Below, piece after piece: positions 45,570 through 58,312 of a stretch of 64,000 nt of DNA. The notes under the pieces were generated by a model, which saw nothing but the letters and a program-made list of their open reading frames with translations, searched no databases and was not told where the DNA came from. Each line of letters starts with the position of its first letter. Position 1 is the stretch's first letter. Origin of the DNA: Octopus vulgaris (lineage: Eukaryota). Location: contig OX597818.1 in NCBI GenBank assembly GCA_951406725.2, forward strand, positions 60,450,001-60,514,000, written 5' to 3'. Both the position numbers and the translations under genes were made by a program.

Positions 45570-45790
45570 TTTTTATTTGTTTCAGTCATTTGACTGCGGC
45601 CATGCTGGAGCACCGCCTTTTTTTTTTACGAACAAATCGACCCCAGGACCTGTTCTTTGTAAGCCTAGTACTTATTCTATCAGTCGGTTTTGCCGAACCG
45701 CTAAGGTACGTGGACGTAAACACACTGACATCGGTTGTCAAGCGATGGAGGGGGCAAACGCAGACACACAACCCCAAGCCCTCCACATAT
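45570..45790 (-). mobile_element. SINE family B 3' half
   Basis: tttcagtcatttgactgcggccatgctggagcaccgcc. Confidence 0.8.
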
Positions 45791-45799
45791 ATATATATA

Positions 45800-46102
45800 A
45801 AATATTAAATTCCAAAAAAATGAATAACAGACACAAAAAAATCAACAACGCAAGGAAGTGGTACATGTAAAGTATTAGCAGACGCACAGGGAAGGAAAGA
45901 GAGGTGGTTTTACATTCCGAGCAAAGTTTTTCAGAAACAAGAGGCAGAGGAAAGTCCAATAGAAAAGGAAGACGGAGGAAAAAAATCGCCAAACACATGT
46001 GGTTACATTTTGAATCGTTGGCGATTTTTTTCGTCCTTGTTTCTGAAGAAGAGCTTTGCTCGGAACGCAAAACCACCTCTCTTTCCTTCCCTGAGCGTCT
46101 GC
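45800..46102. mobile_element. Family P2-related element with inverted partial copy
   Basis: 45879-45992 is inverted at 46017-46102; degenerate HHR CUGAAGAaGAGCuuuGCUCGGAACG at 46043. Confidence 0.65.
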
Positions 46103-46126
46103 TCTCTCTCTCTCTCTCTCTCTCTG

Positions 46127-46175
<49 letters not shown>

Positions 46176-47354
46176 GACGAAATTCTTGATATATCATATT
46201 TGTACATTGTTGTTACTACATTTCGCCACATTGTACCTTGGTTCTTCATAATCCTGAGTCACTGGTTTTTGAACCTATTTTTCAGTTTATTATTTTTCAC
46301 ACAATATCACTACCTTAATTAGGTTATCCCTCATTATTGTACCCTGTTAAAGAACAAATGCAGAAAGCAATTACCCTGTTTTATCAACTCGTGATAAAAT
46401 GAAAATTTAAATGTCTCAGTTCAATGGAAACTATTATACAATTGAAACTTTTCACTCTCCGGTTTCATTGATAATTTCAGTTCATCAGAAATGCCAGTTA
46501 TTTTTCTGTGCAGAGTTAAATCTACTGGCAGCTGTAAATATCTTCTTTGTTATCATTTAGCTAAAAGATGCAGCACTGTGCAATTAACCTTTGTAGACTC
46601 TGCGAGTCTTGCAAGGACGATGCAAGTGATGTTCAGTTTAAACACCTCTATTTTGGTTGGTGTCTACAAGGCGGAATTTCACGGACAGAAACTTCGAAAA
46701 GAATGCAGTATTGGAAGAAGGGATTAACAGAAGTGTTATAAGCTGAGGTGTGATAATCCGATATACGACAAAGACCGGAGAAGGTATTAAGAGAACTGGT
46801 GGAGATGGTGTGCCGTTTGTTGGTTTAGATAAAATAGAAGCCGTTATGGAATAAAGAGAAGATATTAAAGATTAGTAGTACTTATTTGCTACGTAAACTC
46901 TTGAACAACTGCTATCCCTAATTAAGAATATTTACTAAGCGTGTTGCTTTGTCTCCGTGATATCTGTTTTACTCGATATCTTATCAAGACTCACTGAAAT
47001 ACGACATATCAGGACACAACTCGGATCCCATAGGATTCGTTAACAATGTTATGTTGTCATACAACACTATCAATTACAAACTGCGTCTAATCGCTTCACC
47101 TGTTAGAAAAAGCAAGCGAATCTTCTTCAAGTCCTTTGATACAACTTTAATTCAGAAATTAATATCTTAGCTAATAGTCCCACAAATCCCTAAAAGATGG
47201 GATGTTCACTGCTGAAATGCCTTTGATTTTAAATATGCTGGATCAGAATTGGTTTAGAGTTAAACAACAAAAATAATCACAATCGCCATTATCAGCGATA
47301 GTTAAAATGATCAGTATAACATTCTAGTGTTCTTTACATACATTGTATAGATAT

Positions 47355-47429
47355 TATAGAGTATATGGCGTAGTGATTAAGGGCGCGGGCTACTGACCCC
47401 AAGATTCCGAGTTCAATTCCAGGCAGTGA

Positions 47430-47505
<76 letters not shown>

Positions 47506-47647
47506 TACATCGAAAAATACTTTAGGAATGAGAAACAAAGTTCGAAATTTCTCCAAGACATCTGATGAAGGGTGGAGGGTATATCAGCCGAAACAAACAA
47601 GATGAGGACAAATATCCGTCGAATCTAAATAATGTAAATAATGTATC
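47355..47647 (+). mobile_element. tRNA-headed short element with internal (TAA)n and HHR-like core
   Basis: A box tggcgtagtga at 47366, B box gagttcaattcc at 47409, (TAA)n at 47433-47505, CUGAUGA..CAGCC GAAA at 47562-47593; possible TSD gtatagatat at 47345-47354 and 47648-47657. Confidence 0.65.
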
Positions 47648-47762
47648 GTATAGATATGTTATTTCGAAAAACGTTACTGCAAGCTTGAAGGTAATCTTCT
47701 CGAAGACAGTAAAGTCCTGCGTTGCGTTAAGAGTTAAGACGATATTATATATATATATATAT

Positions 47763-48446
47763 AGATAAGAAAGTTGGTTTGTGAAAGCACGTGGTTGAAT
47801 ATATAGAAAATAGTAAAAAGTGAAAAAACTACAGAAGGCTTAAATGTTAAAAAATATATATTTGCGTCAATATGTCTGAAGAATATAAAAAAAAATTTTG
47901 AAGAATATTAAAAATTTTTTTTTCTCTTATAATGACATAATTTAGAAGAAAGACCGGTTTCGCGTTTAGCTTTTCAAATTTCTTGCGACGTTATGTTTAT
48001 GTTGAACAGGGTTATCGTTATGTTTATGTTCAAAAGTGTTCTAAATAAGGGGAGGTAATGAGTGATTTCTTCCGGTGTAAGGGAGATAATCGCTTAAAAT
48101 TTTTTCCTTTCCCTTGGTGTGAATTTCTCTGTATCAGTATGTTGGGATGGTTAAGTCTGGGCTTGTACTTTTCAATGAAGAATGTTTCCTTGTTTAGTCT
48201 AATTTGTGTTGATGATCCGATAGCACATTGGTAAAATGGAAAGATTAAAAATTGTGGTAGTAGTTGCTTTGCACATTTCTCATTGTGCTCACTAAAAGGT
48301 ATCATTCTGTATTCTGGGAATGCAATCTGTTGTCGATGCAGTGTGCATCTACGTCTGAGTGATAGTCCCGTGGATCCCACGTAGTCTTGGTGGCAGCCCG
48401 AGCATTTTATGACATAAATTGTTTTCAGAGGCACAAGTAAAGTTAG

Positions 48447-48451
<5 letters not shown>
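47763..48451 (-). mobile_element. Penelope-like element 3' fragment: GIY-YIG endonuclease plus pLTR with HHR
   Basis: KSNFTCASEN/IYVIKCSGCHQDYVGSTGLSLRRRCTLH..SEH..E..FI..YKPRLN (GIY-YIG with CCHH); frameshifted; (TA)n on both sides. Confidence 0.9.
47946..47984 (-). ncRNA. Minimal type I hammerhead-like motif, U3-A8 core
   Basis: AAGAAA u UUGAAAA GC uaaac GC GAAA CCGG UC UUUCUU: 6-bp stem I, palindromic stem III, GUC site. Confidence 0.65.
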
Positions 48452-48522
<71 letters not shown>

Positions 48523-49504
48523 TTACATGAAATTGCAATATCCGTTTTGCAAACAAGCAGGAACTTGTGAAGATATTTTTGAAACACATGCGCGAATTGA
48601 GTGATAGGACGCCAGAAAGAATTAAGATTACATCTCTTAGAAGGCAATTTGATACCGAGAACAATTTATTTTTTGTTACATAAGTATGACAGCAGTTTTA
48701 AATATAATTATAAGCGTGAAAGCTTCGTCTGCCGGTACTGGCGGCTGTTTTTCGGTAATAACAGTTCGTCTCGATTTACAGGACTTAGACCGTTCCCTGT
48801 CGTCTGTCAATTCCACTGATCATCACCAAGAACAGGTGAACCTGGTATTTTTGACTTCTCAGTTTCAATAATGAGATTTTCATAATGTCCCCTTGTTATT
48901 ACAAATTGGATATTTGAATTAGGCTCTAAGGTTCCCCCTGTTCGATATAGTCTTTCGGCTTAATTACCAATTCCCTTTCTAATATCAGTTGCTTCTCTCG
49001 ATACCTTATCTAAATAACCGATCCCAGTCAAGGTAGCAGATTAATTCCAAGTTTTTAGTTCATTATTAGCAACAATCAAGCGCTCTGGGCACTGCTTCAA
49101 CCTTTGCATATAACCTAAGCGTTAAACCAATTAAGAAGTCTACACGTTACTCGACTGGTTAGAAATACCAGCCTATTATTTCTTTTATATTATAAAGAGA
49201 ACTATTGAATAATATAGTCTTAGAATGGCACAGTCAATCGGCAGCACACAAGTCACATGCGACACTTTATGATGCTTCTGATGTGTAAGTAATGTCATCT
49301 AATTGGTAATGTCATCTAATTGGCAATATCTCTCCCTTTCCTTGTCTCTCATCTCTCTCAGACTTTTTGACAACGCGATCCCTTATTCTCATCAAAGGCA
49401 ATTAACCATTATAATATTTTTACTGTTTGCATTGTGTTGATACGTGATTTAGAATAGAAAGGTACATATGTTTCACTTCTTTTATATAATGTCGCAGAAG
49501 GAGC

Positions 49505-49800
49505 ATTCCGTCGGTTACGACGATGAGTGTCCCAGCTGATACGACCAATGGAACAGTTTGCTCGTGAAATTAACATGCAAGTGGCTGAGCACTCCACAGA
49601 CACGTGTACCCTTAACGTAGTTCTCAAAGAGATTCAGCGTAACACAGAGAGTGACAAGGCTGGCCCTTTGAAATACAGGTACTACTCATTTTTGCAGCAT
49701 GAAATAAAGTGTCTTGCTCAAGGACACAATGCGTCGCCAGGAATTGAACTCACAATCATAGAATCATGAGCCGAATGCCATAACCGCTAAGCCAAGCGCC
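49505..49800 (-). mobile_element. tRNA-derived SINE family D head with tail type ii
   Basis: tggcttagcggtta..gagttcaattcc..gtgtccttgagcaagacactttatttca; tail shared with the 4090 element. Confidence 0.75.
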
Positions 49801-50130
49801 TGTTGTACATACACACACATACACACTTATGTGCAGGGAACTACCTTGAAGGGTTTTGTCGAACAAATCGACCCAAATAGAGGTCATCTAAGAATCCATA
49901 AGCCAGGAAAAAATGGTCACCTATATATTTGTCAATCCACTACGGATATAAATCAAACGTATTCATCGATTACATCCAATTTGTTGAATCGTTTCGGAAA
50001 ACCTATTAAGGAATCAAACGATTATTCAATACCTGCGTTCTTCAAAGTTGACCGAGATTGAAGTCGCAATATTTTCCATACCAATCCATTCTGATGAGAG
50101 CAGTTATTACATAATCATCTTATTACTTAA

Positions 50131-50529
50131 CCAGCAGTATCGCCCGGCGTTGCTCGGGTTTGTAAGGGAAATAACTTATATAAGCATTTTTAGAGATGTA
50201 AAGTATAATAGCCATCTCAATATGGCTAACCACAAAGGAGGGGTGTTACCGTAGCTTTTTACGTTTTGAGATTTAAAAATACATTTTTAGAGAGTTACTT
50301 CCCTTATATAATAGCAAAACAAATGCATTAAAAATGGGAAAAAATGATGGTAATTTTTTTTAAATCGTAGACTCATCGTAGACGCGCGCTAATACCCAGA
50401 AGGGCTCAATATGAATCACGACTATAAGATACCCGCTTTTGGTTACACTGCACCGTAAAATGTGGGAGTAGTTAGGAATCTAAATCGTAGGAGACAGACA
50501 GCACACAACTTCACTTTTATATATAAAGA
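50131..50529 (-). mobile_element. Non-autonomous Helitron
   Basis: Minus strand starts A^TC, has a subterminal hairpin cccgagcaacgccggg and ends CTGG^T (CTRR); insertion between A and T without TSD. Confidence 0.8.
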
Positions 50530-50722
50530 TATCCTGTGCGAAACCGATTAGTAAGATCGGCTGCAGTAGATCTATAATACTGTACACGCTCATTAAATAT
50601 AGTTGTATATTTTATTATGCATTAAATCTTAAAAATGAAGTATTTTATTTAATTTTTCCTTCTTTTTAGATTTCCAACGTTTGTCACCTTTGTACAATAT
50701 GTGCATAACTCTTTACTAACAT

Positions 50723-51392
50723 CGTGGCGTATATTTGCCATTGAAATATGGCTAACCCCTAAGGGTGGATGCTACTGTAGTTTGTAGCCCCAGGAGGCCA
50801 CCGCCTCCAGCTGGCTATAGACACTTTCTGTGCCCTATCAGTATTTGCGAAGGGAAGCCATCCTTCCCGTCTTCAACTTATGATACACACGGACTCGAGT
50901 TTCAGGGTATTGACCCGTCATCGGAGTGTGACAATCATAGTTGTCGGTGAGAAGTCGGTTCCCTTCACAAATACATATACATTTTTCAGTATCGATTGAC
51001 ACTGATATTGAAAAAGTGTAATCAAACAATGATAAATCTCAGAGCGAGTTATAAACAGTAGCAGCAACACATCGTGACGTATATTTGCCATTGAAATATG
51101 GCTAACCCCTAAGGGTGGATGCTACTGTAGTTTGTAGCCCCAGGAGGCCACCGCCTCCAGCTGGCTATAGACACATATTCTGTGCCCTATCAGTATTTGC
51201 ACAGGAAAGTCATCCCTTTGCAAATACTGATAGGGCACAGAAAGTGTGTCTATAGCCAGCTGGAGGCGGTGTCCTCCTGGGGCTACAAACTACAGTAGCA
51301 TGCACCTTTAAAGGTTAGCCATATTTCAATGGCAAATATACGTCGCGATGTGTTGTAGCTACTGTTTATAACTCGCTCTGAGATTTATTATA
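50723..51392 (-). mobile_element. Retrozyme-like non-autonomous Penelope-type element: 350-bp period, inverted end, 13-bp TSD
   Basis: 50720-50848 repeats at 51070-51200; 51032-51200 is inverted at 51220-51388; tctttactaacat at 50710-50722 and 51393-51405. Confidence 0.8.
50886..50930 (-). ncRNA. Type I hammerhead-like motif
   Basis: CACAC u CCGAUGA c GGGU caau ACCC u GAAA CUCGAG UC c GUGUG; stems I and II pair and stem III is palindromic; U4C deviation. Confidence 0.6.
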
Positions 51393-52861
51393 TCTTTACT
51401 AACATTTTGTAACATAACTTTTAGGTCCAACTCCGTTAATTTGAAGAGCATCGCTTTTTCGTTCTCTTTTCTCATTAAAAATTCCTCAGTGTGCTCTGAA
51501 CGTCTTACAGTGTTTGTTGGTTTAATAATATCTTAGTTATGTAGCTCGATTTCTGATGATCAGCATCTCAGAAAACTGTCGTGTACGATTGTCCTAGATA
51601 AAGTACGTTTCGAAAGAAATTAGATGAATGAGCAACTACGCCGCATGGATGCTTTTGATAAAAAGTCCGCTGAATCATGCCCTATATAGGGAAAAACAAC
51701 GACAATAAGAACATCAACGGAATCATCTTAACGAATATTCTTCCTTTTCTGAATCGTGTGATTTCAGATCTTTCAGGGGAATTGACACACCCCATCTTCC
51801 TTTTAGACTGGAAGAAAAAAACAGAAACGTGTGTACTTACAAAAGCTTCGCACGTCTTCGAACCATTGAAAGAAATCGATAGAATTTTATCTCCTTGCAC
51901 CATCTGAAGTCCACTAGAGTTCCGGGAAAAAACTTTAGTTCACTTTATATACACATACATAGATACATACATACTACATATATACACATGTATACATGTA
52001 TACATACACACACACATACACACACACATACATACATACATACATACTCACATACATGCATACACACATACATACATACACACATACATACATACACACA
52101 TGCATACACACACATATATATATACATTAATATATGTAAATATATATATATATATATATATATTTGTATATGTATGCATATATATATATATATACGCAAA
52201 CACACACACATATATATACATATATATATATATATATGTATATATATGTATATATATATATATATATATGTATGCGTATATATGTCTATATATATATATA
52301 TATATATATATGTATGCGTATATATGTCTATATATATTCATGCGTATACATACATATATATGTGCATGTATATGTATATATGCGTGTATGTGTATGTCTG
52401 TGCGTGTTTGCGCGTGTATGTGTGTGTGTTTGTGTGTGTTTGTGTGTTTGTGTGTGTGGAGGTGTGATTGGCGTTCTGTTTCATCACCAATTTATCATGC
52501 AGGCTAGCAGAGAATTCTTTTAATGTAGCAACGAACAAGTTTAAGGTTCTTTTAATATTTTCGTTAATCGATTGCACGGTTCGTTTAGTTTCATTCTACA
52601 ACTTCTTATAACCCGTTTGAACAACTCAAAAACACTGCAGTGAGGTTTGTTCGTGTTGCTTGTAACCAACAAAAGATCGCCGCCTGTACGATGCTTTCCG
52701 TTGTTGTAGTATCGGAGGGTTGTTCTGTGTTCTTTTACGGTTTTATTGTATATGTCGGTCGTGTTCGGTACTTATAATTTTGTTAGTTTCTATTGATGTT
52801 GCTGTTGTTATTGGGGTTGTTAGTCGCGTGTCGATGATAATATTAATGGTGTTTAAAAGAC

Positions 52862-53890
52862 AGCAAGCTGGCAGAATCGTTTTCCACGCCGGGCGAAATG
52901 CTTAGCGGTATCTCGTCTGCCGTTACGTTCTGAGTTCAAATTCCGCCGAGGTCGACTTTGCCTTTCATCCTTTCGGGGTCGATTAAATAAGTACCAGTTA
53001 CGCACTGGTGTCGATATAATCGACTTAATACCTATGCCTGTCCTTGTTTGTCCCCTCTGTGTTTAGCTCCTCGTGGGTAATAAAGAAATAGGTATTTCGT
53101 CTGCCGCTACGTTCTGAGTTCAAATTCCGCCGAGGTCGACTTTGCCTTTCATCCTTTCGGGGTCGATAAATTAAGTACCAGTTACGCACTGGGGTCGATG
53201 TAATCGACTTAATCCGTGTGTCTGTCCTTGTTTGCCCCCCTGTGTTTAGCCCCTTGTGTGTAGTAAAGAAATAGGTATTTCGTCTGCCGCTACGTTCTGA
53301 GTTCAAATTCCGCCGAGGTCGACTTTGCCTTTCATCGTTTCGGGGTCTATAAATTAATTACCAATGACGCACTGAGGTCGATATAATAGACTTAACCCCT
53401 TTGTCTGTCCTTGTTTGTCCCCTCTGTGTTTAGCCCCTTGTTGGCAATAAAGAAATAAGAATCGTTTCCACGCCGAGCAAAATGCTTAGCGGCCCTTCGT
53501 CGGTTGTTACGTTTTACGTTCAAATTCCGCCGATATCGACTTCGTATTTCATCGTTTTGCGGTCGATAAAATAAGCACAAGTTAAACAGGGGAGGGAGGA
53601 GGGGGGCAATCTAATCGACTGAACCCAGACCCCCCCCCCACCAAGTTGGTGGCCATCAATATTAATGAAGCTAAAGGCGACAAGGTGGCAGAATGGTAAG
53701 TACACCGCGAAAAATGCTTAGCGATATTTCGTCCATCCTTACGTTCTAGGTTCAAATTCCACTGGAGTTCCACTTTGCATTTAATTCTATCGGGACCTAT
53801 AAACTAAGTACCAGTTGATCACTGTGGTTGATGTAATCGACTTATCTTCCCTTTAAATTGCTAGCCTTGTGCCAAAATCTGATACCAATA
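52862..53890 (+). mobile_element. SINE family A tandem array (about 5 units)
   Basis: cgtctgcc at 52914, 53098 and 53281 (period 183-184 bp). Confidence 0.88.
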
Positions 53891-54199
53891 TTATTGGGGC
53901 GCAAGCCCGGATGAACCCGAATGCGGGTGCAGTTCTCCGTGATATTCCGTTATTTGAACAGAAAAATTCCCTCGGCCCCTTGACTTTCTGTATGAATTAT
54001 TTTATGTGTGACTTATGAGAGAGTGGAGTTATAATGACACCGCAAAGTTCCACTTGTGCTTTTCAATTATTTTCTTATAGAGAAAATTCCTTTTGCATAA
54101 AATCCCAAACAAGAGAAGTATTGAAATAACATAACACATCGTAAATGGAGAGCTTCAGGATAAACTTACAGACTAGAGAAACATAATCTTTATTTGTGG

Positions 54200-54725
54200 G
54201 GAGGGCGCCAGTCGATTAGATCAACCGCAATACGCAATGGGTACATAGTTTATCGACTCCGAAAAGATGAAAACAAAGTCGACCTCGGCGGAATTTGAAC
54301 TCAGAGCATAAAGACAGACGAAATACCTATTTCTTTATTACCCACAAGGGGCTAAACACAGAGGAGACAAACAAGGACAGACATAGGTATTAAGTCGATT
54401 ACATCGACCCCAGTGCGTAACTGGTACTTTATTTATCGACCCCGAAAGGATGAAAGGCAAAGTCGACCTCGGCGGAATTTGAACTCAGAGCATAAAGACA
54501 GACGAAATACCTATTTCTTTATTACCCACAAGGGGCTAAACACAGAGGAGACAAACAAGGACAGAAATAGGTATTAAGTCGATTACATCGACCCCAGTGC
54601 GTAACTGGTACTTAATTTATCGACCCCGAAAGGATGAAAGGCAAAGTTGACCTCGGCGGAATTTGAACTCAGAGCATAAAGACAGACGAAATACCGCTAA
54701 GCATTTCACCCGGCGTGGCAACGTT
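54200..54725 (-). mobile_element. SINE family A trimer
   Basis: Near-identical head-to-tail units. Confidence 0.88.
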
Positions 54726-54790
54726 TCATATACACGTATGTAGGTATGTATATATGTATATATCTTGTATATATCTATCAAAATCTATCT

Positions 54791-55287
<497 letters not shown>

Positions 55288-55309
55288 TCTCTATCTATCT
55301 ATCTATCTA

Positions 55310-55350
<41 letters not shown>

Positions 55351-55997
55351 GTCTGTCTGTCTGTCTTTCTATCTATCTATTTATCTATCTGTCTCTCTAT
55401 CTATCTATCTCTACATCTATCTATCTATCTATCTATCTATCTCTACATCTAACTATATCTATATTTGTCTATCTCTTCATACCTACCTAAGTGCCCCTCT
55501 CTGTCTATATAATATATACAAACATACATACATACATTACATACATTAATGTTTTCTTCAGTTTTTAGTGAGTTGAATTCTTCCTCTGAAGAATTCCCTA
55601 GTTTCTAACAAAGATCGAAAGCTCCATCGTTGGAGCAATGTAACATTCCAAACTTAAGCAAAGTTTTGCATATTTCGGCTGTTCCACTTACGTATTGTAT
55701 TTGTAGTGTGTAAGTTACATGTTTGATTTCTTTATTCTGAAAACCCTAGCTTATCCGGACAAAGCCAAGTGCATCAATTATTCTGCGTCAGGTTGAATAT
55801 CTCTGAGCACTACATTAAGTGTAGACGTGTCTGTAGGGGCTGCTCCATTGATCGGATCAAATGGATCACTTGTCGTCGTAACTGTTGTAATTGTTGCTGT
55901 TGTTGTTTGTGCTTTATTTTTGATTGTTGCAATTCCTTATTTTGACAATGATACTGTGGCGGCAAATATTTTTCACTTTGTCTTCGCTGCAGTCATT

Positions 55998-56172
55998 TCT
56001 GCCATCTTGAGCTGGCGCGAAACAACACCGTCTGATAATATTTTTTGAGAATGTGCAAATCTGCCATCTTGTGCTGGCGCGAAACAACACCGTCTGATAA
56101 TGTTTTTGAGAATATGTGTATCTGCTATCTTCAGCTAGCGCGAGACAACACCGTCTCAATGTTCTTGAGAGA
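55998..56172. repeat. Three-copy 61-62-bp tandem repeat
   Basis: tctgccatctt..gctggcgcgaaacaacaccgtctgataa unit starts at 55998, 56060 and 56121. Confidence 0.9.
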
Positions 56173-56559
56173 GTGTGTGTCATAATAACCTTGTGCCTAA
56201 CGTTTCGTCTTAGCTTACTTCTTCACTAATTCGAAAGTTCGAGAATTTCACTGCTTCCGGAAAGTATATTGTAATCGTTTATCTTTTATTTATTTCAGTC
56301 TTTGAAGTGCAGCCATGCTGGAGCACCACACTGCCTTGAAGGGTTTTAGGCGAACAAATCGACGTCCGAGACTTACGTTTTTTTTTCTCCAAGTCTGCCA
56401 ATTGTTTCTAATATAATAAGGACAAGGTATAATTTCTTCTAGAGCGATCTATTTACTCGATATCTCGATTTGCCTCTGGGTCTTCTGGTGAAAGGAACTT
56501 TACGAAGACAGGATACAATATATATAGGGGTTTACATACAAAAGTTTGAGGGGGAAATG

Positions 56560-57210
56560 GTAACGAGGACTACGATGACGACAACGACGACAACGACGAT
56601 GAGGATGAGGAGGAGGGGAGCTGATGGCGGCGGCGGTGGACGACAACGACGATGACAACGATAACGATGATAATGCTACTGCTGCTGATGATGATGATGA
56701 AGACGATGAAGACGACGACGACGACAACGACGATGACGATGATGAGGAGGTGGAGGTGATGGTGGTGGCGGTGGTGGTGGTGGCGGCGGCGGCGGCGGCA
56801 GTGGACGACAACGACGATGACAACGATAACCACGATTATGCTGCTGCTGCTGCTGATGATGAAGACGATGACGATGACGACGGCGATCACAACGATAACG
56901 ACGACCATAACGACGATAATGATGATGATGATGATGATAATGATGACGATGACGAAGACGACGATGATGACGAGGATGATGCTGATGATGATGATGACGA
57001 TGACGATGATGATGCTGATGATGATGATGACGATGACGAAGACGACGATGATGACGACGACCATAACGACGATAATGACGTTGATGATGATGATGATGAC
57101 GATGACAACGATGACAACGATAACAACGATAACGACGATCATAACGATAACGACGATAATAACGATGATGATGATGATGATGATAATGATGACGATGACG
57201 ACGATAGCCA
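56560..57210. repeat. Compound (GAT/GAC/AAC/GGT) trinucleotide array
   Basis: Direct reading; produces an Asp-rich ORF. Confidence 0.9.
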
Positions 57211-57613
57211 TATCTATGATGTTATATATAAGCTAATTTTCATCGAAAGTTGGAAATTAGGAAAACAGAAAGAAAACAAGTTAAATGATTTTGATTTCAT
57301 TTTTAATTATTTTTAAAAAATTGTATTTTATTATTTTATTATTCTATTTTTTTCTTTTCTTTTTAGAATAAAAAAAAAAACAAGACTTTCTTTCTGCATC
57401 TTTTTCACTTTCTTTCTCCTATTTTTGGCCAATCACAGAATGGTTAAGTCACTAGGTAATTAAATTCTTTCATCCTCACACGGATGACGAATATTGGGCT
57501 GCTAATTAGGTTTGCGTTATTTGGAAACGCAATCTTAATTGTGAAAACGGTACCTGTGAACAATCAGCTCTGACCTAGCCAGACATTCATGCGACTCACA
57601 CAGCAGCAGCCAA

Positions 57614-57644
<31 letters not shown>

Positions 57645-57739
57645 CACACACAAACACGCCTGTCAAACACACCTCGCAGTGCGCATGCGTTTGCGTGTGC
57701 CAATGTGTGTGTGTGTGTGCCTGTGTGCTTCTGTGTGTG

Positions 57740-58275
57740 TGTTTGTGATCGTGTTTGCGAATGTGTATGTGTGTGTAACTGAGTGTCTGTAATCGTCTGT
57801 ATATGAGTTCTGCAATGTGTTGGTATGCTTGTGTGTATATGCTTGTTTGTGTGTGCTTGTGTGTGTGTGTGTGTGTGTAACTGCGTGTCTGTAATCGTCT
57901 GTGTATGCTTGCTACTGTGTTTGTGTGCCCGTGTGTATGTGTGTGTGCGTGTGTGTGCGTATCTGTGTATGATCATGTTTACGAATATGTGTGTGTGCTT
58001 GTGTGTGTGTGTGTGCGCGTGTGTGTGTGTGTGCTTGTGTGTGTGTGTGTGTGTAACTGCGTGTCTGTAATTGTCTGCGTATGCGTGCTACTATGTGTTG
58101 GTGTGCTTGTGTGTTTAGGCTTTTGTGTGTATACTTGAGTGTGTGTGTGTGATCATGTTTACGAATGCGTGTGTAGTTGTGTGTGTAGCTGAGTGTCTGT
58201 AATCGTCTGTGTATGCGTGCTACTATGCGCTGGTGTGCTTGTGTCTGTATGCTTGCGTGTGTATGCTTATGTGTA

Positions 58276-58312
<37 letters not shown>

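Noticed and set aside
46340-46380. tacccTGT resembling the 5' end of miR-10
   Set aside because: Only 8 nt match and no pre-miRNA hairpin
48680-48870. GC-richer island with short open frames
   Set aside because: No recognisable protein and no convincing splice-site pair
52862-53890. Regularly spaced repeats suggesting a CRISPR array
   Set aside because: Whole 184-bp units repeat with no unique spacers; eukaryotic context and no cas genes
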